Below, piece by piece: positions 18,655-29,195 of a DNA stretch of 64,000 nt. How positions within the stretch are numbered: position 1 is the first letter of the stretch; each line of letters begins with the position of its first letter. Origin of the DNA: a virus; the IMG/VR virus record IMGVR_UViG_3300044653_000098, positions 77,725 to 141,724 of that record. One strand, given 5' to 3'. Both the position numbers and the translations under genes were made by a program. A model generated the notes under the pieces. It was not told the origin of the DNA. It saw only the letters and a list, made by a program, of their open reading frames with translations, and made no database searches.

Positions 18655-20106
18655 ATGGGACGAGTTCCATACAACGAAGAGTTCGGCGGCGGTACCGGCG
18701 GCCCCAAGTTCCCCAGGGTGTCTCTGGTCAAGGATCAGAAGATGCGTCTGATCTGCCCGGAGCAGCCTTACATGGAGTGGGTGCACAGGCTGGAGGCTCC
18801 CGAGTTCCAGAATGGCGAGCCCCTGAAAAAGAAGAGGGAGGGCCGTAACGGCGAACCGGACACCCTGGTCTGGTCGCTGGAGTGGATGGGCAACCCCATC
18901 TGCGCGGGCGTCCACGAGACGCTCAGGGCCAACGCTGGTCTGGACCCGCAGAACTGCCCGATCTGCGCTGTTTCCGTGCAGATGAACGGCAGGGGAGTTC
19001 GCGCGGCGCAGTGCCGGTACGCGATGAACGTGCTGGAATACCCGATGCTGCCGAACGGTCAGCTGGTCAGCCCGTTCAGCCTCCGGGTCCTGCTCTGGGC
19101 GTTCACGTCCAGGATGTACGACAAGCTCGTCGCGCTGCGGAACGAGCACGGCAGCTTCCAGGACCACGACATCATCATCGGCCCGGTCGAAGGCCCGATC
19201 AATTTCCAGAAGTACCCGATCGAGATTGGGCGGCAGGCGTACTGGCAGCAGATCCCGAACGGCGAGCAGGTGGTCCGGGGCACCTACACCCCTGCCAATC
19301 TGGCCACCGAGATTCAGCTGCGTGACGCTTGCGGGCGGCCGCCGTCGCAGTACCTGACCCAGGATCTGGAGCGGGTGCAGCAGCGGTGGCAGATGGCTGA
19401 CGCCGCGGAAGCTCAGGCCAACGGCAGCGCGGCGCCGCAGTTCAGCGGCCAGCTGCAGGCTCCGGCGCAGCAGAGCCTGCAGGCGGGGTTCGAGAACGTC
19501 CTTTCCGGAGGGCAGCAGGGCGGCCCGGCTCAGCCCATGTACGCCGGGCAGCAGCAGGCTCCGGGACAGTCCCAGTTCGGCGGGTTCCCGGCCCAGCCGC
19601 AGAACGGCCAGGCACCCCAGCCCGCGGCGGTCGCCGCGCCTGTGGGTAACCCGTTCGAGCAGCAGGCTGCTGCTCCCCAGGGCAACCCGTTCCCCGTGCA
19701 GGAGCAGCCCTCGGCTCAGCAGCCGGACTTCGCTGGGCAGGGGTACGGTCAGGGCTTCGGTCAGCAGCCACCTGCCACTCCTCAGGGCAACCCGTTCGCC
19801 CCGCAGCAGGCAGCCGCGCCGCAGCAGCCCGCCCCTCAGGGCAACCCGTTCGCGCCGCAGCAGGGTGCTCCGGCCCAGGCCCAGCAGCCGTTCGCCGGCG
19901 TCCAGCCGGCGCAGCCTGCCCCGGGCCAGCAGCTGCCTCCGGGTCTGGCGATGTTCCAGCCCATGACCCAGGGTCAGCAGGCGCCTGTTCAGCCGTCGCT
20001 CGAAGCTCCGCCCGCTCAGGCTGCCCCGCAGGCTGGCCAGTCGGTGGCTTTCGGAGATCTCATGAACATGGGCGGCCAGCCACAGCAGGGCCCGCCGAGC
20101 CAGTGA
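18655..20106 (+). CDS. putative ssDNA-binding protein (gp32-like N-domain) with long Q/P/A-rich tail
   Basis: C..CPIC Zn motif, RYAMNV, acidic/aromatic OB-like region; lies before ruvC and recA. Confidence 0.55.
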   Translation: MGRVPYNEEFGGGTGGPKFPRVSLVKDQKMRLICPEQPYMEWVHRLEAPEFQNGEPLKKKREGRNGEPDTLVWSLEWMGNPICAGVHETLRANAGLDPQNCPICAVSVQMNGRGVRAAQCRYAMNVLEYPMLPNGQLVSPFSLRVLLWAFTSRMYDKLVALRNEHGSFQDHDIIIGPVEGPINFQKYPIEIGRQAYWQQIPNGEQVVRGTYTPANLATEIQLRDACGRPPSQYLTQDLERVQQRWQMADAAEAQANGSAAPQFSGQLQAPAQQSLQAGFENVLSGGQQGGPAQPMYAGQQQAPGQSQFGGFPAQPQNGQAPQPAAVAAPVGNPFEQQAAAPQGNPFPVQEQPSAQQPDFAGQGYGQGFGQQPPATPQGNPFAPQQAAAPQQPAPQGNPFAPQQGAPAQAQQPFAGVQPAQPAPGQQLPPGLAMFQPMTQGQQAPVQPSLEAPPAQAAPQAGQSVAFGDLMNMGGQPQQGPPSQ

Positions 20107-20633
20107 GCGACCTGCGCATCGCCGGGCTGGATCTGAGCCTCACCAGCACAGGTGTCGCTCTCATCCAGCCCGGCGGTCCCGTCTCTGTGTACCGGATCCA
20201 GCCGCCGTCCGCGGCCAAGGCCACTGTGCACGAGCGCCTGAAATTCCTCTACACCGAGGTCCGGCAGCTCGTGGCTGGCGCTACCCACATCACCGTCGAG
20301 GGGCCCGCATTCAACCAGAATGCGGCCGCCCACAAAATGGGCGGCGTGTGGTGGAACGTGATGCATGTTCTCTGGCTCGATAACCCCGATGCTGAGGTCG
20401 TGGTGGTGTCCCCGACCACGCTCAAGGTCTACGCCACCGGCCGGGGTAACAAGCTGGAAAAGGACGAGGTGGCCATCAAGGTGGTCCGCCGCTACCCGGC
20501 CGTCGACATCCGTAATAACGACATGGCCGACGCGTGGGTCCTGGCGGCTATGACCGCCGATCAGCTCGGCTGCCCGGTGGTCGAGGTTCCCAAGGATCAC
20601 CGCCGGGCCCTGAAGGACTGGCCCTACAAATAG
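20103..20633 (+). CDS. ruvC: RuvC-like Holliday junction resolvase
   Basis: IAGLDLSLTSTGVA, VEG, PTTLKVYATGRGN, NDMADA. Confidence 0.85.
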   Translation: MSDLRIAGLDLSLTSTGVALIQPGGPVSVYRIQPPSAAKATVHERLKFLYTEVRQLVAGATHITVEGPAFNQNAAAHKMGGVWWNVMHVLWLDNPDAEVVVVSPTTLKVYATGRGNKLEKDEVAIKVVRRYPAVDIRNNDMADAWVLAAMTADQLGCPVVEVPKDHRRALKDWPYK

Positions 20634-20642
20634 GAGCGCTAC

Positions 20643-21716
20643 ATGGCAGGTAAGACCAAGCAGGACGGTGCTGAGGTTGCCGACCCGCTGGCTGCGTTCA
20701 TGGCCAAGGTCAACAAGGAACACGGTGAGGGGTCCATGCTGACCCTGAATGACAGCGCCATCGAGGTCGAGCGCATCACCACCGGCTCGATCGGCCTGGA
20801 TGACGCGCTCGGTGGCGGACTGCCCCGCGGCCGGATCGTGGAGATCTACGGCCCGGAGAGCTGCGGGAAGACGACCGTGGCCCTGCAGGCGGCCTACCGG
20901 GTGCAGCAGGCTGGCGGGCGGGTGTTCTTTGTCGACGCCGAGTATGCGCTGGACCCGGACCTGTGCCGGGGGATCGGGATCGACACCGACCAGCTGTATT
21001 TCCTTCAGCCTGACACCGGGGAGCAGGGGCTGAACGTCACCCAGGACGCGATTGAGTGCGGGCTGTTCGACCTGATCATCGTGGACTCGGTCGCGGCCCT
21101 GGTGCCCAAGGCGGAGATCCAGGGGGAGATCGGGGACTCGTTCGTGGGGCTTCAGGCCCGGCTTATGTCACAGGCCATGCGAAAGCTGGTCGGGGCGTTC
21201 CCGGGCCCAGGTGAGCCCGGTCGCCGCGCGGTCGTCATTTTCATCAACCAGCTGCGCATGAAGATCGGTGTGCAGTTCGGCAGCCCGGAGGACACGCCTG
21301 GCGGCAAGGCGCTGAAGTATTACTCCTCGGTCCGGCTCGACGTCCGGCGCATCGAGACCCTTGGCGGCCACGCCGCTGCCTACGGCAACAAGCTGAGGAT
21401 CAAGGTCACCAAGAACAAGGTCGCGCCGCCGTTCAAGACGGCTGAGGTGGACCTGCTGTTCGGCCGCGGGATCAGCCGTGAGGGCGAGCTGGTCGACCTG
21501 GGTGTGGAGCGGGGTGTCATCCGCAAGTCCGGCTCCTGGTACATCTACGGGGATCTCCAGATCGGGCAGGGCAAGGCCAACGCCGTCGACTGGCTTGCTG
21601 CTAACCCGGACATCGCTGGGGAGATCGACGTCCAGATCCGGGCGCTGCTGGCCAGTAGCGCTCCGGCCCCCGTCCCGGTGGTGGCTGAGGTGGGGAATCC
21701 GTTCGCCACCACCTGA
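20643..21716 (+). CDS. recA: RecA recombinase
   Basis: [50 protein letters not shown]. Confidence 0.97.
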   Translation: MAGKTKQDGAEVADPLAAFMAKVNKEHGEGSMLTLNDSAIEVERITTGSIGLDDALGGGLPRGRIVEIYGPESCGKTTVALQAAYRVQQAGGRVFFVDAEYALDPDLCRGIGIDTDQLYFLQPDTGEQGLNVTQDAIECGLFDLIIVDSVAALVPKAEIQGEIGDSFVGLQARLMSQAMRKLVGAFPGPGEPGRRAVVIFINQLRMKIGVQFGSPEDTPGGKALKYYSSVRLDVRRIETLGGHAAAYGNKLRIKVTKNKVAPPFKTAEVDLLFGRGISREGELVDLGVERGVIRKSGSWYIYGDLQIGQGKANAVDWLAANPDIAGEIDVQIRALLASSAPAPVPVVAEVGNPFATT

Positions 21717-21775
21717 TGGTGCTTCCTGTCCCCTGATGCGTAATAGCGTCAGAAGCTCATGTCCGAGGAGGCACT

Positions 21776-22954
21776 ATGGCAACCGTTACCTTCGAGCAGA
21801 TGCGTGACAAGCTCCTGACCGTCGACCAGACTCTGGAGTCGCTGCGCTCGACCGAGCCCCTGACCGAGGTGGTCTTCCATCCGGCCGAGACCGTCACGTT
21901 CCGGATCGCGCCCGGCTGGCAGGAGGGGAACAAGAACGACAACTACGCCGCGGTCGACGCCCACATCCAGATCCCCAGTGGCGAGGAGTACCAGCTGAGC
22001 CGGCTGGCGCTGCTGGAGGCCGGGGCTCTCGCTGGCATCCCGCGGCACAAGCAGGAGGAGTGGCCGGCCTCGTTCATGGAGACCCTGCTCAACTGGTGGT
22101 TCCAGGAGAAGGCCGAGCGTGACCACAAGCTGCTCATCCGCGCAGCCAACGGCGGCAACCCCTCGCTGGCTCTGGCCGCCTGCCGCTCGACCATCACGCC
22201 GTTCTCAAACGTCCGGCTGATGGAGATCATGATCGACCGGGTCCGCCACAAGCTCGGTGCCGACGCCGAGGTGCTGGTCGACTACAAGTTCAGCCACAGC
22301 CTGGAATGGACGACCCTGCGGCTGGTCGTGCCGGACCTCAACCGGGTCATCACCGGCACCCGCGACGAGAACGACACGTGGTGCGGCGGGATTGACCTGT
22401 CCAACTCGCTGGTCGGCATCCACCCAAGCCGCCTGCAGGGTTACGCCTTCCGGTGGTGGTGCACCAATGGCGAGACCACCGACCTCGCCCAGACCACCCA
22501 GTTCTCCCGCAAGGGCTCCTACGACCCTGCCGACGTGTGGGCGTGGGCCCGGACCTCGGTAGATGAGATCCTGGGCGGTCTGAGTGGCGTGTTCGATAGC
22601 GTCCAGCAGCTTACCGCGGCGCCGGTTACCGGAGACTCCGCGAGCGTGACCGCGATCCTGCACGACCTGTTCGCCCGGTACAACGTCCCCGTCCGCGAGC
22701 GCAACCGGATCATCGCCGGGCTGGCTGACCTGGGTGGGGATATCACCATGTACGACCTCATGCAGGAGGTCACCCGCGCAGCCAACATGGATGGCCTGCC
22801 TCCGCGGGCGGTCGCCCAGCTCATGGCGCTCGGCGGTCACATGGCCGAGGCGGGCACCGAGCGGTGCACCGAGGAGCACCCGTGCCGTCGGCTGCTGCCG
22901 CCCGACTTCCAGATCCCGCGCTCGCGCGTCCGGCAGAACCCCGCCACCAACTAG
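21776..22954 (+). CDS. DUF932-like protein
   Basis: GIDLSNSLVG...FRWWCTNG motif. Confidence 0.55.
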   Translation: MATVTFEQMRDKLLTVDQTLESLRSTEPLTEVVFHPAETVTFRIAPGWQEGNKNDNYAAVDAHIQIPSGEEYQLSRLALLEAGALAGIPRHKQEEWPASFMETLLNWWFQEKAERDHKLLIRAANGGNPSLALAACRSTITPFSNVRLMEIMIDRVRHKLGADAEVLVDYKFSHSLEWTTLRLVVPDLNRVITGTRDENDTWCGGIDLSNSLVGIHPSRLQGYAFRWWCTNGETTDLAQTTQFSRKGSYDPADVWAWARTSVDEILGGLSGVFDSVQQLTAAPVTGDSASVTAILHDLFARYNVPVRERNRIIAGLADLGGDITMYDLMQEVTRAANMDGLPPRAVAQLMALGGHMAEAGTERCTEEHPCRRLLPPDFQIPRSRVRQNPATN

Positions 22955-22956
22955 CC

Positions 22957-23202
22957 ATGCCACACGGAGACTCAGACGAGCAGGCCCGCTCCGGCGGGCC
23001 TCTCGTTCTGACCGCCCTGGTCGACTGCGCCATGGACGAGGGCGGCTGCGGGACGACCTTTCAGGCCATCTGGACGGACGACTCCCTCTCGGTCGAGGAC
23101 ATGGCCGAGCCCCCGGTGGCCAGCATCACCTGCCCGGAATGCGGCCACGTCCACGTGGCCATGGAATGGCCGGGCTGGACCTTCTACAGTGAAGCCGGGT
23201 GA
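22957..23202 (+). CDS. small zinc-ribbon protein
   Basis: CAMDEGGCG...CPECGH. Confidence 0.55.
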   Translation: MPHGDSDEQARSGGPLVLTALVDCAMDEGGCGTTFQAIWTDDSLSVEDMAEPPVASITCPECGHVHVAMEWPGWTFYSEAG

Positions 23203-23211
23203 TAGAGCAGG

Positions 23212-24138
23212 ATGATTGACACCCTGGAGATAGAGAACTACCAGTCGCTGCGGAAGGTCCGGCTGCGCCTTGGCCGGTTCACCGTTATCACCGGGCCGAC
23301 CGGCTCGGGCAAGACCGCGATCTTCCGGGCCGCCCGGCATCTGGTCTTCAACTCCCGCGGGGACTCCTACATCACCCGCGGGCAGAAGAGCTGCAAGGTG
23401 ATCGCCAGCGTCCAGGAGGAAGGCTGGTCGGCCGGGATCGAGCGCGGCAAGACCAGCTGCTACCGGATCTCCAAGCTCGCAGGTGAGCCCGAGACGGCAA
23501 CCTTCACCAAGCTCGCCGGGGGCGTCCCTGACGCGGTTACCGGGTTGCTGCGGCTGGGCAAGCTGAACTTTGCCTCCCAGTTCGACGGCCCGTTCCTGCT
23601 GGAGGAGTCGGCCGGCGAGGTCGCGCGGGTGCTCGGCGCGCTCACCAACGTCACCGTGGTCTTCGAGGCCGCCCGCGAGGCGACCCGGCGCAAGCAGAGG
23701 CTGGGCGACCAGCTGAAGGACCGCCAGGCAGAGCTGGCCCGGCTCCAGGAGGAGGCGCAGGGCTTCGCTGGCCTCCCGGGCCGCCTGCAGGCTGTCCAGG
23801 CGGCTGAGGCCGCTCAGGAGCGTCTGGAGGGTACCCAGGCCAGGGGGCAGCGCCTGCAGCAGCTTCTGGCGCAGCGCGCGGCCGCTCACGAAGCGCTCCA
23901 GCGAGCGGCCGCCGCGGTGCGGCCGGTGCCAGATCTTGATAAAGCTGAGGCCGCGTACTCACGCTGGAGGCGTCTGGCGGACCTACTTACTGAGCGCGAA
24001 TCGCTGCGGGTGCGGTACATGGGAGCCGACTCCGACGTGGCGCTTGCTACCGAGCGGATCCTCGGCCTGGAGAGAGAACACCACGAGATGCTCACGCAGG
24101 CCGGGGTCTGCCCGGTGTGCGGGCAGGCGGTCGGGTAG
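23212..24138 (+). CDS. SbcC/Rad50-like ATPase, N-terminal half (Walker A, coiled coil, zinc hook)
   Basis: LEIENYQS, ITGPTGSGKT, Q-loop FASQ, terminal CPVCGQ. Confidence 0.8.
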   Translation: MIDTLEIENYQSLRKVRLRLGRFTVITGPTGSGKTAIFRAARHLVFNSRGDSYITRGQKSCKVIASVQEEGWSAGIERGKTSCYRISKLAGEPETATFTKLAGGVPDAVTGLLRLGKLNFASQFDGPFLLEESAGEVARVLGALTNVTVVFEAAREATRRKQRLGDQLKDRQAELARLQEEAQGFAGLPGRLQAVQAAEAAQERLEGTQARGQRLQQLLAQRAAAHEALQRAAAAVRPVPDLDKAEAAYSRWRRLADLLTERESLRVRYMGADSDVALATERILGLEREHHEMLTQAGVCPVCGQAVG

Positions 24139-24174
24139 GGTCGATTGGCCGGGTGTGCCTAGCCGGGAGGATCC

Positions 24175-25239
24175 GTGAGCGCAGAGGGCCAGGACCGCAG
24201 CAACTGGCAGCGTGTCGGGCCCTGGACCGGCCTCGGGTTCGGATTCTGCAAGGCCACCGAGAGCACCAACTACGTCGACCCGACCTTCGCCTCGAACTGG
24301 GCGAACATGCGCAGCGAGGGTGTGCCCCGCGGCGCCTACCATTTCTTCCACCCTTCCGTGGACGCGGCCGCGCAGGCTGAGTTCTTCGTCGCCCGCGTGC
24401 GCGACGAGGGGCTGGCCGACGGGGACATGCTCGTCTCCGATACCGAGATCACCGTGGGCACCGACGGCACGCTCCGGATGAGCCCGCACGCTGCCCGCCG
24501 CTCGGCCCTGTTCGACACCGACGAGGACAGCCGGCTTGTGCCGCTGGCCACCGACACCGGGGCCATCCCGCTCACGGCGGACGCAGCGGCGTTCCCCGGC
24601 TCGGTCAAGACGTTCCTGGACAGGGTGCACGAGCTGGCCCCGCACAGCCCGGTGCTGATCTACACCAACCTGTCGGTGGGGCGCCAGCTGGCCAGCTGCT
24701 CCGGCTACCTGCTGTGGATCGCCTGGCCAGAGGACACCCCGCCGCCGGACGTGGCCCCGTGGAAGAGCTGGAAGTTCTGGCAGTGGTCGTGGAGCGGAGG
24801 GTTCGATAACTGCGACCGGGACGCCTACAACGGCACGGTCGCTGAGCTGCACGACTGGCTGGGCAAATACAGGCGGGCGGATCCTGCCCCTGCGCCAAAG
24901 CCGGCGCCTGCTGTTCACCTGATGGAGGAAGACGTGCCGGTACTCAACACCGGGATCAACGCCCAGACGGAAATCTCGGTCCAGAAGGGCCAGGCCAAGG
25001 CCATCCAGTTCATCAACGACTGCGAGGGAGCTGGCGACCCGGCGCCCCATCTGCGCGTCGCGATCCTGTCCGAGGAGCACGGCTGGAGCCAGATCGAGGG
25101 CGCGCAGGAGGGCACGTTCGTGCTGAAGCCCTCGGGCGCCACCCAGGTCAACTTCACGGCCGGCGACGTCGTAGGGGTCAGCGTGAGCCGGTACGCCCAG
25201 GGCGCGCAGGTGCAGGTGGCGTACGCGCTTTTGACGTAG
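24175..25239 (+). CDS. GH25 muramidase (endolysin)
   Basis: GQDRSNWQ, KATES, RGAYHF, DTE, LWIA, FWQWS, DRD; P-rich linker and C-terminal domain. Confidence 0.85.
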   Translation: MSAEGQDRSNWQRVGPWTGLGFGFCKATESTNYVDPTFASNWANMRSEGVPRGAYHFFHPSVDAAAQAEFFVARVRDEGLADGDMLVSDTEITVGTDGTLRMSPHAARRSALFDTDEDSRLVPLATDTGAIPLTADAAAFPGSVKTFLDRVHELAPHSPVLIYTNLSVGRQLASCSGYLLWIAWPEDTPPPDVAPWKSWKFWQWSWSGGFDNCDRDAYNGTVAELHDWLGKYRRADPAPAPKPAPAVHLMEEDVPVLNTGINAQTEISVQKGQAKAIQFINDCEGAGDPAPHLRVAILSEEHGWSQIEGAQEGTFVLKPSGATQVNFTAGDVVGVSVSRYAQGAQVQVAYALLT

Positions 25240-25246
25240 TAGAGGT

Positions 25247-26275
25247 GTGGCCAAATACCTCATCTTCGGTGACGTCCATCTCGGGCCGACGCCGAGCAGC
25301 TGCACCGGCACCTACGTAGATGATCTGTTCGATCTGCTGGAGCAGTGCATCTACCTAGCGCGTTCCCGGAACGTGGCTGCCGTGGTGATCGCCGGGGATC
25401 TGTTCCACTCGAAGGCACCGACGCGCACCAGCCACGCGCTGGTGACCCGGCTGATCAAGCTGCTGCGGCGGTTCGGGGTCACGGTCTGGTTCGTGCCCGG
25501 CAACCACGACATGCAGCACGACCGGATCGAGTCACTCGATGAGACTCAGCCTGCCGGGGAACTCCTGGCCTCCGGCGTGGTCAAGCTGCTGGACGGCTGG
25601 GACGACGAGTACAAGCACCTTTACGGCGTGCCCTGGCAGCAGCTCTGGGAAGACGAGATCGTCTTTGGCGCGCTGGCGGACTACCGGTCTCTGCACGAGA
25701 CCCGGCCGCCGGAGCATTCTCTGGTCGTGACCCATGCCCCGCTGTACCCGCCTGGCCTGGAGCTGGCATACGAGTTCTACCCGCCTGGGAGATGGGCTTA
25801 CGCCATGGGCCCGGGCCAGCACAGCTGCTACTACGGGCATGTGCACGAGCGCGCGGGCATCTGGCAGGTCCAGCCGCCCGACCTTCGTCCCGGGCACGAT
25901 GTTGTCTATGCCGGGGATCCTCCGGGTGCAAGCGTTGTCACCTTCTGCAACCCCGGCGCCCTGTCCCGCGGCAGCCTGCACGAGCACAACCTGACCCGGA
26001 TGCCCGCGGTCGCGATCTGGGACTCCGCCGACGGCCAGTTCACCGAGATCACCCTGAATGCCAAGCCGCCGGAGGAGGTCTTCCGGCTCCAGGAGAACCG
26101 CCAGACCACCGACATGACCGGCCGGCTGGAGGAGTTCCTGGTCTCGGTCGGCAGCACCCAGCTGGAAGTGATGAGCGTGGAATCCGTGGCGGCGCATGTC
26201 CGCGGCCTCGGATTGTCAGAGGCCGACACTACTTTGGCCATAGAACTATTGATGGAGGCTGCCAATGTCCGCTGA
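25247..26275 (+). CDS. SbcD/Mre11-like metallophosphoesterase nuclease
   Basis: GDVHLG, AGDLFH, PGNHD, GHVH, NPGAL. Confidence 0.85.
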   Translation: MAKYLIFGDVHLGPTPSSCTGTYVDDLFDLLEQCIYLARSRNVAAVVIAGDLFHSKAPTRTSHALVTRLIKLLRRFGVTVWFVPGNHDMQHDRIESLDETQPAGELLASGVVKLLDGWDDEYKHLYGVPWQQLWEDEIVFGALADYRSLHETRPPEHSLVVTHAPLYPPGLELAYEFYPPGRWAYAMGPGQHSCYYGHVHERAGIWQVQPPDLRPGHDVVYAGDPPGASVVTFCNPGALSRGSLHEHNLTRMPAVAIWDSADGQFTEITLNAKPPEEVFRLQENRQTTDMTGRLEEFLVSVGSTQLEVMSVESVAAHVRGLGLSEADTTLAIELLMEAANVR

Positions 26276-26834
26276 CGCCAGGACCGCGGTGCTGTTCGAC
26301 CTGGATTCGACGCTGCGCAACTCCCGCCAGCGCCACCACCTGTCCCCGGTCCGTCTGGCCAACGGCCAGCCTCCGGATAACGGGGGCCTGACCCCTCGGG
26401 ACTGGCACGATTATGCGATGGCGGGAATCACTGACGTGCCTATGATGGGCCCGATCACCGCGCTGCGGCTGTTCTGGCCACACCATCAGATCCACATCGT
26501 CTCCGGCAGCAACGAGTCAGCCCGCGGAAACACCCTGCAGTGGCTGGACCGGCATGTCGGCCTGAACTGGATCGACGGCGTCCACCTTCGCGCCGACGAC
26601 GACTTCACCGAGAACGGTCCGTACAAGGTCGCCCACGTCCTCGCGCTGCGCGAGCAGGGGATCGAGACCGTGCTGTTCTTCGAGGACTGGGCGCCCGCCG
26701 CGCAGCATATCGAGGCTGTGGGCCTGGTGCCGGTCGTCTGCGTGAACCCCTGCTACCCGTGCAAGACGTGCGGCGTCGACCCGCTGGCGGATGCGCTGGC
26801 CGGGCAGATCGACAACCGTGGCGGGGGGCTGTGA
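26265..26834 (+). CDS. HAD-family phosphatase (PNKP 3'-phosphatase-like)
   Basis: FDLDSTL, IVSG, K, FFED. Confidence 0.75.
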   Translation: MSADARTAVLFDLDSTLRNSRQRHHLSPVRLANGQPPDNGGLTPRDWHDYAMAGITDVPMMGPITALRLFWPHHQIHIVSGSNESARGNTLQWLDRHVGLNWIDGVHLRADDDFTENGPYKVAHVLALREQGIETVLFFEDWAPAAQHIEAVGLVPVVCVNPCYPCKTCGVDPLADALAGQIDNRGGGL

Positions 26835-27673
26835 GCGTCCTCGCCGGCGCAGAGGAGCGTGCACTCAGGGTCAGCTGGAGCCTGATGCGCGTGAACTTCG
26901 AGTGCAAGCAGAAGCGCCATCTCAAGCAGACCACCAAGAAACCTACCAACATGGACATCCGGAACTTCTTCCCCGGAACCGTGGTGGACATCTGCATGCG
27001 CCGCTGGCTGGAGCTGGACGACCCCCCGGCCGGCGGCATGCAGGCCATGCTGGATGAGGTGCTGGAGTTCGCTGAGACCAACGCCCGCGAGACAGGCGAT
27101 GGGATCGTTCAGTGGCGCGACCTGCACGATAAAAAGCGCGTCCGGGCGGACTGCTGGGAGCTGCTCGGCCGGCTGGAGCCGATCCTGCACCGGTATGCGC
27201 TGTCCGTCGACTACTCCCCCGCGGTGCGGTTCAAAGAGCCGTTCATCCTGCCGTACCTGGACGGCACTCCGCAGCAGATCTGGCTCGTGGGGGAGATGGA
27301 CCTGTTCACCCGCACCCAGCCAGTGCCTGACCTGCGCGTCTGGGACCTGAAGAACACCAAGAACGCCCAGTACTGGCGCAAGACCGTCGGCCAGCTGCTG
27401 TTCTATGACCTCGCGGTGTGGGCACAGCACAAGCAGTGGACCGTCGAGTGCGGCCTGATCCAGCCCATGTGCCCTGAGCAGGTGCTGTCGTTCCAGTTCA
27501 CCGACCAGAACCGGCGTGAGCTGATGATGCACCTCGCTGCCTTCTGCCGGGATGTCTGGATCAAGGACGTCACCCCAAAAGCCGGGACTGAGGGCTGCTC
27601 GTACTGCGAGATGCGCACCGCCTGCGTCCGGTATGCGGGCAACCGCGGCCGCGTCGCGTGGCCCGCGGCGTAA
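26831..27673 (+). CDS. PD-(D/E)xK RecB/Cas4-like exonuclease
   Basis: SWS..C, GEMD..WDLK, QLLFY, CSYC..C. Confidence 0.75.
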   Translation: MSVLAGAEERALRVSWSLMRVNFECKQKRHLKQTTKKPTNMDIRNFFPGTVVDICMRRWLELDDPPAGGMQAMLDEVLEFAETNARETGDGIVQWRDLHDKKRVRADCWELLGRLEPILHRYALSVDYSPAVRFKEPFILPYLDGTPQQIWLVGEMDLFTRTQPVPDLRVWDLKNTKNAQYWRKTVGQLLFYDLAVWAQHKQWTVECGLIQPMCPEQVLSFQFTDQNRRELMMHLAAFCRDVWIKDVTPKAGTEGCSYCEMRTACVRYAGNRGRVAWPAA

Positions 27674-27680
27674 TAGAGCC

Positions 27681-27935
27681 ATGGACGATCTCGAACAGCG
27701 GCTGGCCGGCGTGCGCGCCCAGGCTGAGCAGGCGCGTCAGCGCCAGGCGCGGGCGGAAGCTGAGCGCCACCAGGCCCAGGGCTCCCTGGCTGCCGCAGAC
27801 CAGACGCTCCGGGACGAGTTCCCTGAGCTGGTGAGCCAGAATCCGGAGAGCCTGCTGGCCGCGCTCCGCCAGCAGGCCGAGGCCGAAGTCAGCAACGTAC
27901 TGACGGCCCTGGCGGCCGCGGAGGGAGCGTCATGA
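27681..27935 (+). CDS. short coiled-coil protein (possible middle piece of split SbcC)
   Basis: GTAATAG-N4-ATG; heptad-rich sequence. Confidence 0.55.
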   Translation: MDDLEQRLAGVRAQAEQARQRQARAEAERHQAQGSLAAADQTLRDEFPELVSQNPESLLAALRQQAEAEVSNVLTALAAAEGAS

Positions 27936-29188
27936 CGGCAATCAGTGAAGTGCTCGGGGCGCCGGAAGACAGCCCGTTCGCGGCAGCGACACCGCCGGTC
28001 TCGGCCAGCCACCAGGAGTTCAGCTTCACCTGCCCCCGGTTCCAGCTGGCCCTCATGGCCACCCGCGCCGGGAACGTGGTGCCTGCCCGCGAGGGCCACC
28101 AGATGGTTCTCAACAACTTCGCCATCCAGGTCACGGCTGATCCGCCCCGGCTGGAGGTCACCGGCACCGACCTGGAGCTGCGCGTCATCGCCGCTACCCC
28201 CGCAGTGCAGGTGACCCGCTCGGCCGACCAGGACTCGCTGCCGCTGCTCATGCTGCCGGCCAAGCGCCTGCAGGCGATCCTGTCCGAGGCGCCCGATGGC
28301 GACGTAACGGTCAGCGTCAAGGGGGACAAGGCTGTCATCACCGCCGGGTCGGTGAGCTGGGAGCTGCAGGTGCCTTCGGATGGCTCGGACTACCCGCGCC
28401 CGCCCGCCCTGGACGAGGTGGACTGGCAGGAGACCGCGCGGGTGCCGCTGCTGTCGGCGTTGCGCACGGTCCGGCACGCGGTCAGCAAGTCCGGCACTAA
28501 GCCGAACCTCTCCCAGGTCGACATCCGCTCCCGCGACACCGACGGCGTGCCGTGCATGACCGCGGCCGATGGCACCCGGTTTGCGCAGATCCCGCTGCCC
28601 GGGTTCCCGGTCGAGATGCGGATCCCCGCTGCGGGCTCCCCGGCCGCCACCGACGAGCTGATCCGCCTCCTGATAGCTTCCGAGGCGGACACCGTGCGGG
28701 TGGGAAAGCAGGGGAAAAGCTTGTTCTTCGGTGTGGATTCGACGGTTTTCCGGGTTTTTCAGCTGCCGCTGGAGTACCCGGACATCTGGAAGCTGCTGCT
28801 GGAGCCCACCCTGGCCAACACCGACCTGCTCACGGTCAGCCGCGACGAGCTGAAGCGCGCGATCAGCCGGGTGCGGATCAACGCCGACGACGGCACGCAC
28901 GCCATCGGCCTGCAGCTGTGCGCCGGCCGGCTGACCGTCTTCACCCGCGACACCCGCGGCAATCAGGCTGAGCAGACGATCGAGGCAACCTGGGATCAGC
29001 CGGAGCGCTCGCTGCTGGTCAACCACCTGTTCCTGGCCGAGATGCTGGGCGTCCACCCCAGCGGCGAGTGCATCTTCCGGCTCGGCAGGGACTCCGGGAA
29101 AAAGCGCTCGGTGGTGCTGCTCCGCGACGATGCGAGCGGGATCACCGGCATCATCAACCAGATGTCCGGGTCGCTGGCCGGGGCGTAG
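27932..29188 (+). CDS. dnaN: DNA polymerase III beta sliding clamp
   Basis: LEVTGTDLEL, DYP, AADGTRFA, EYPD, three-domain size. Confidence 0.85.
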   Translation: MTAISEVLGAPEDSPFAAATPPVSASHQEFSFTCPRFQLALMATRAGNVVPAREGHQMVLNNFAIQVTADPPRLEVTGTDLELRVIAATPAVQVTRSADQDSLPLLMLPAKRLQAILSEAPDGDVTVSVKGDKAVITAGSVSWELQVPSDGSDYPRPPALDEVDWQETARVPLLSALRTVRHAVSKSGTKPNLSQVDIRSRDTDGVPCMTAADGTRFAQIPLPGFPVEMRIPAAGSPAATDELIRLLIASEADTVRVGKQGKSLFFGVDSTVFRVFQLPLEYPDIWKLLLEPTLANTDLLTVSRDELKRAISRVRINADDGTHAIGLQLCAGRLTVFTRDTRGNQAEQTIEATWDQPERSLLVNHLFLAEMLGVHPSGECIFRLGRDSGKKRSVVLLRDDASGITGIINQMSGSLAGA

Positions 29189-29195
29189 CAGGGAC

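Noticed and set aside
19600-19900. Repeated CAGGGCAACCCGTTC units as a possible CRISPR-like array
   Set aside because: They are irregularly spaced, in-frame coding repeats (QGNPF), and there is no cas operon; the Cas4-like gene is a stand-alone phage nuclease
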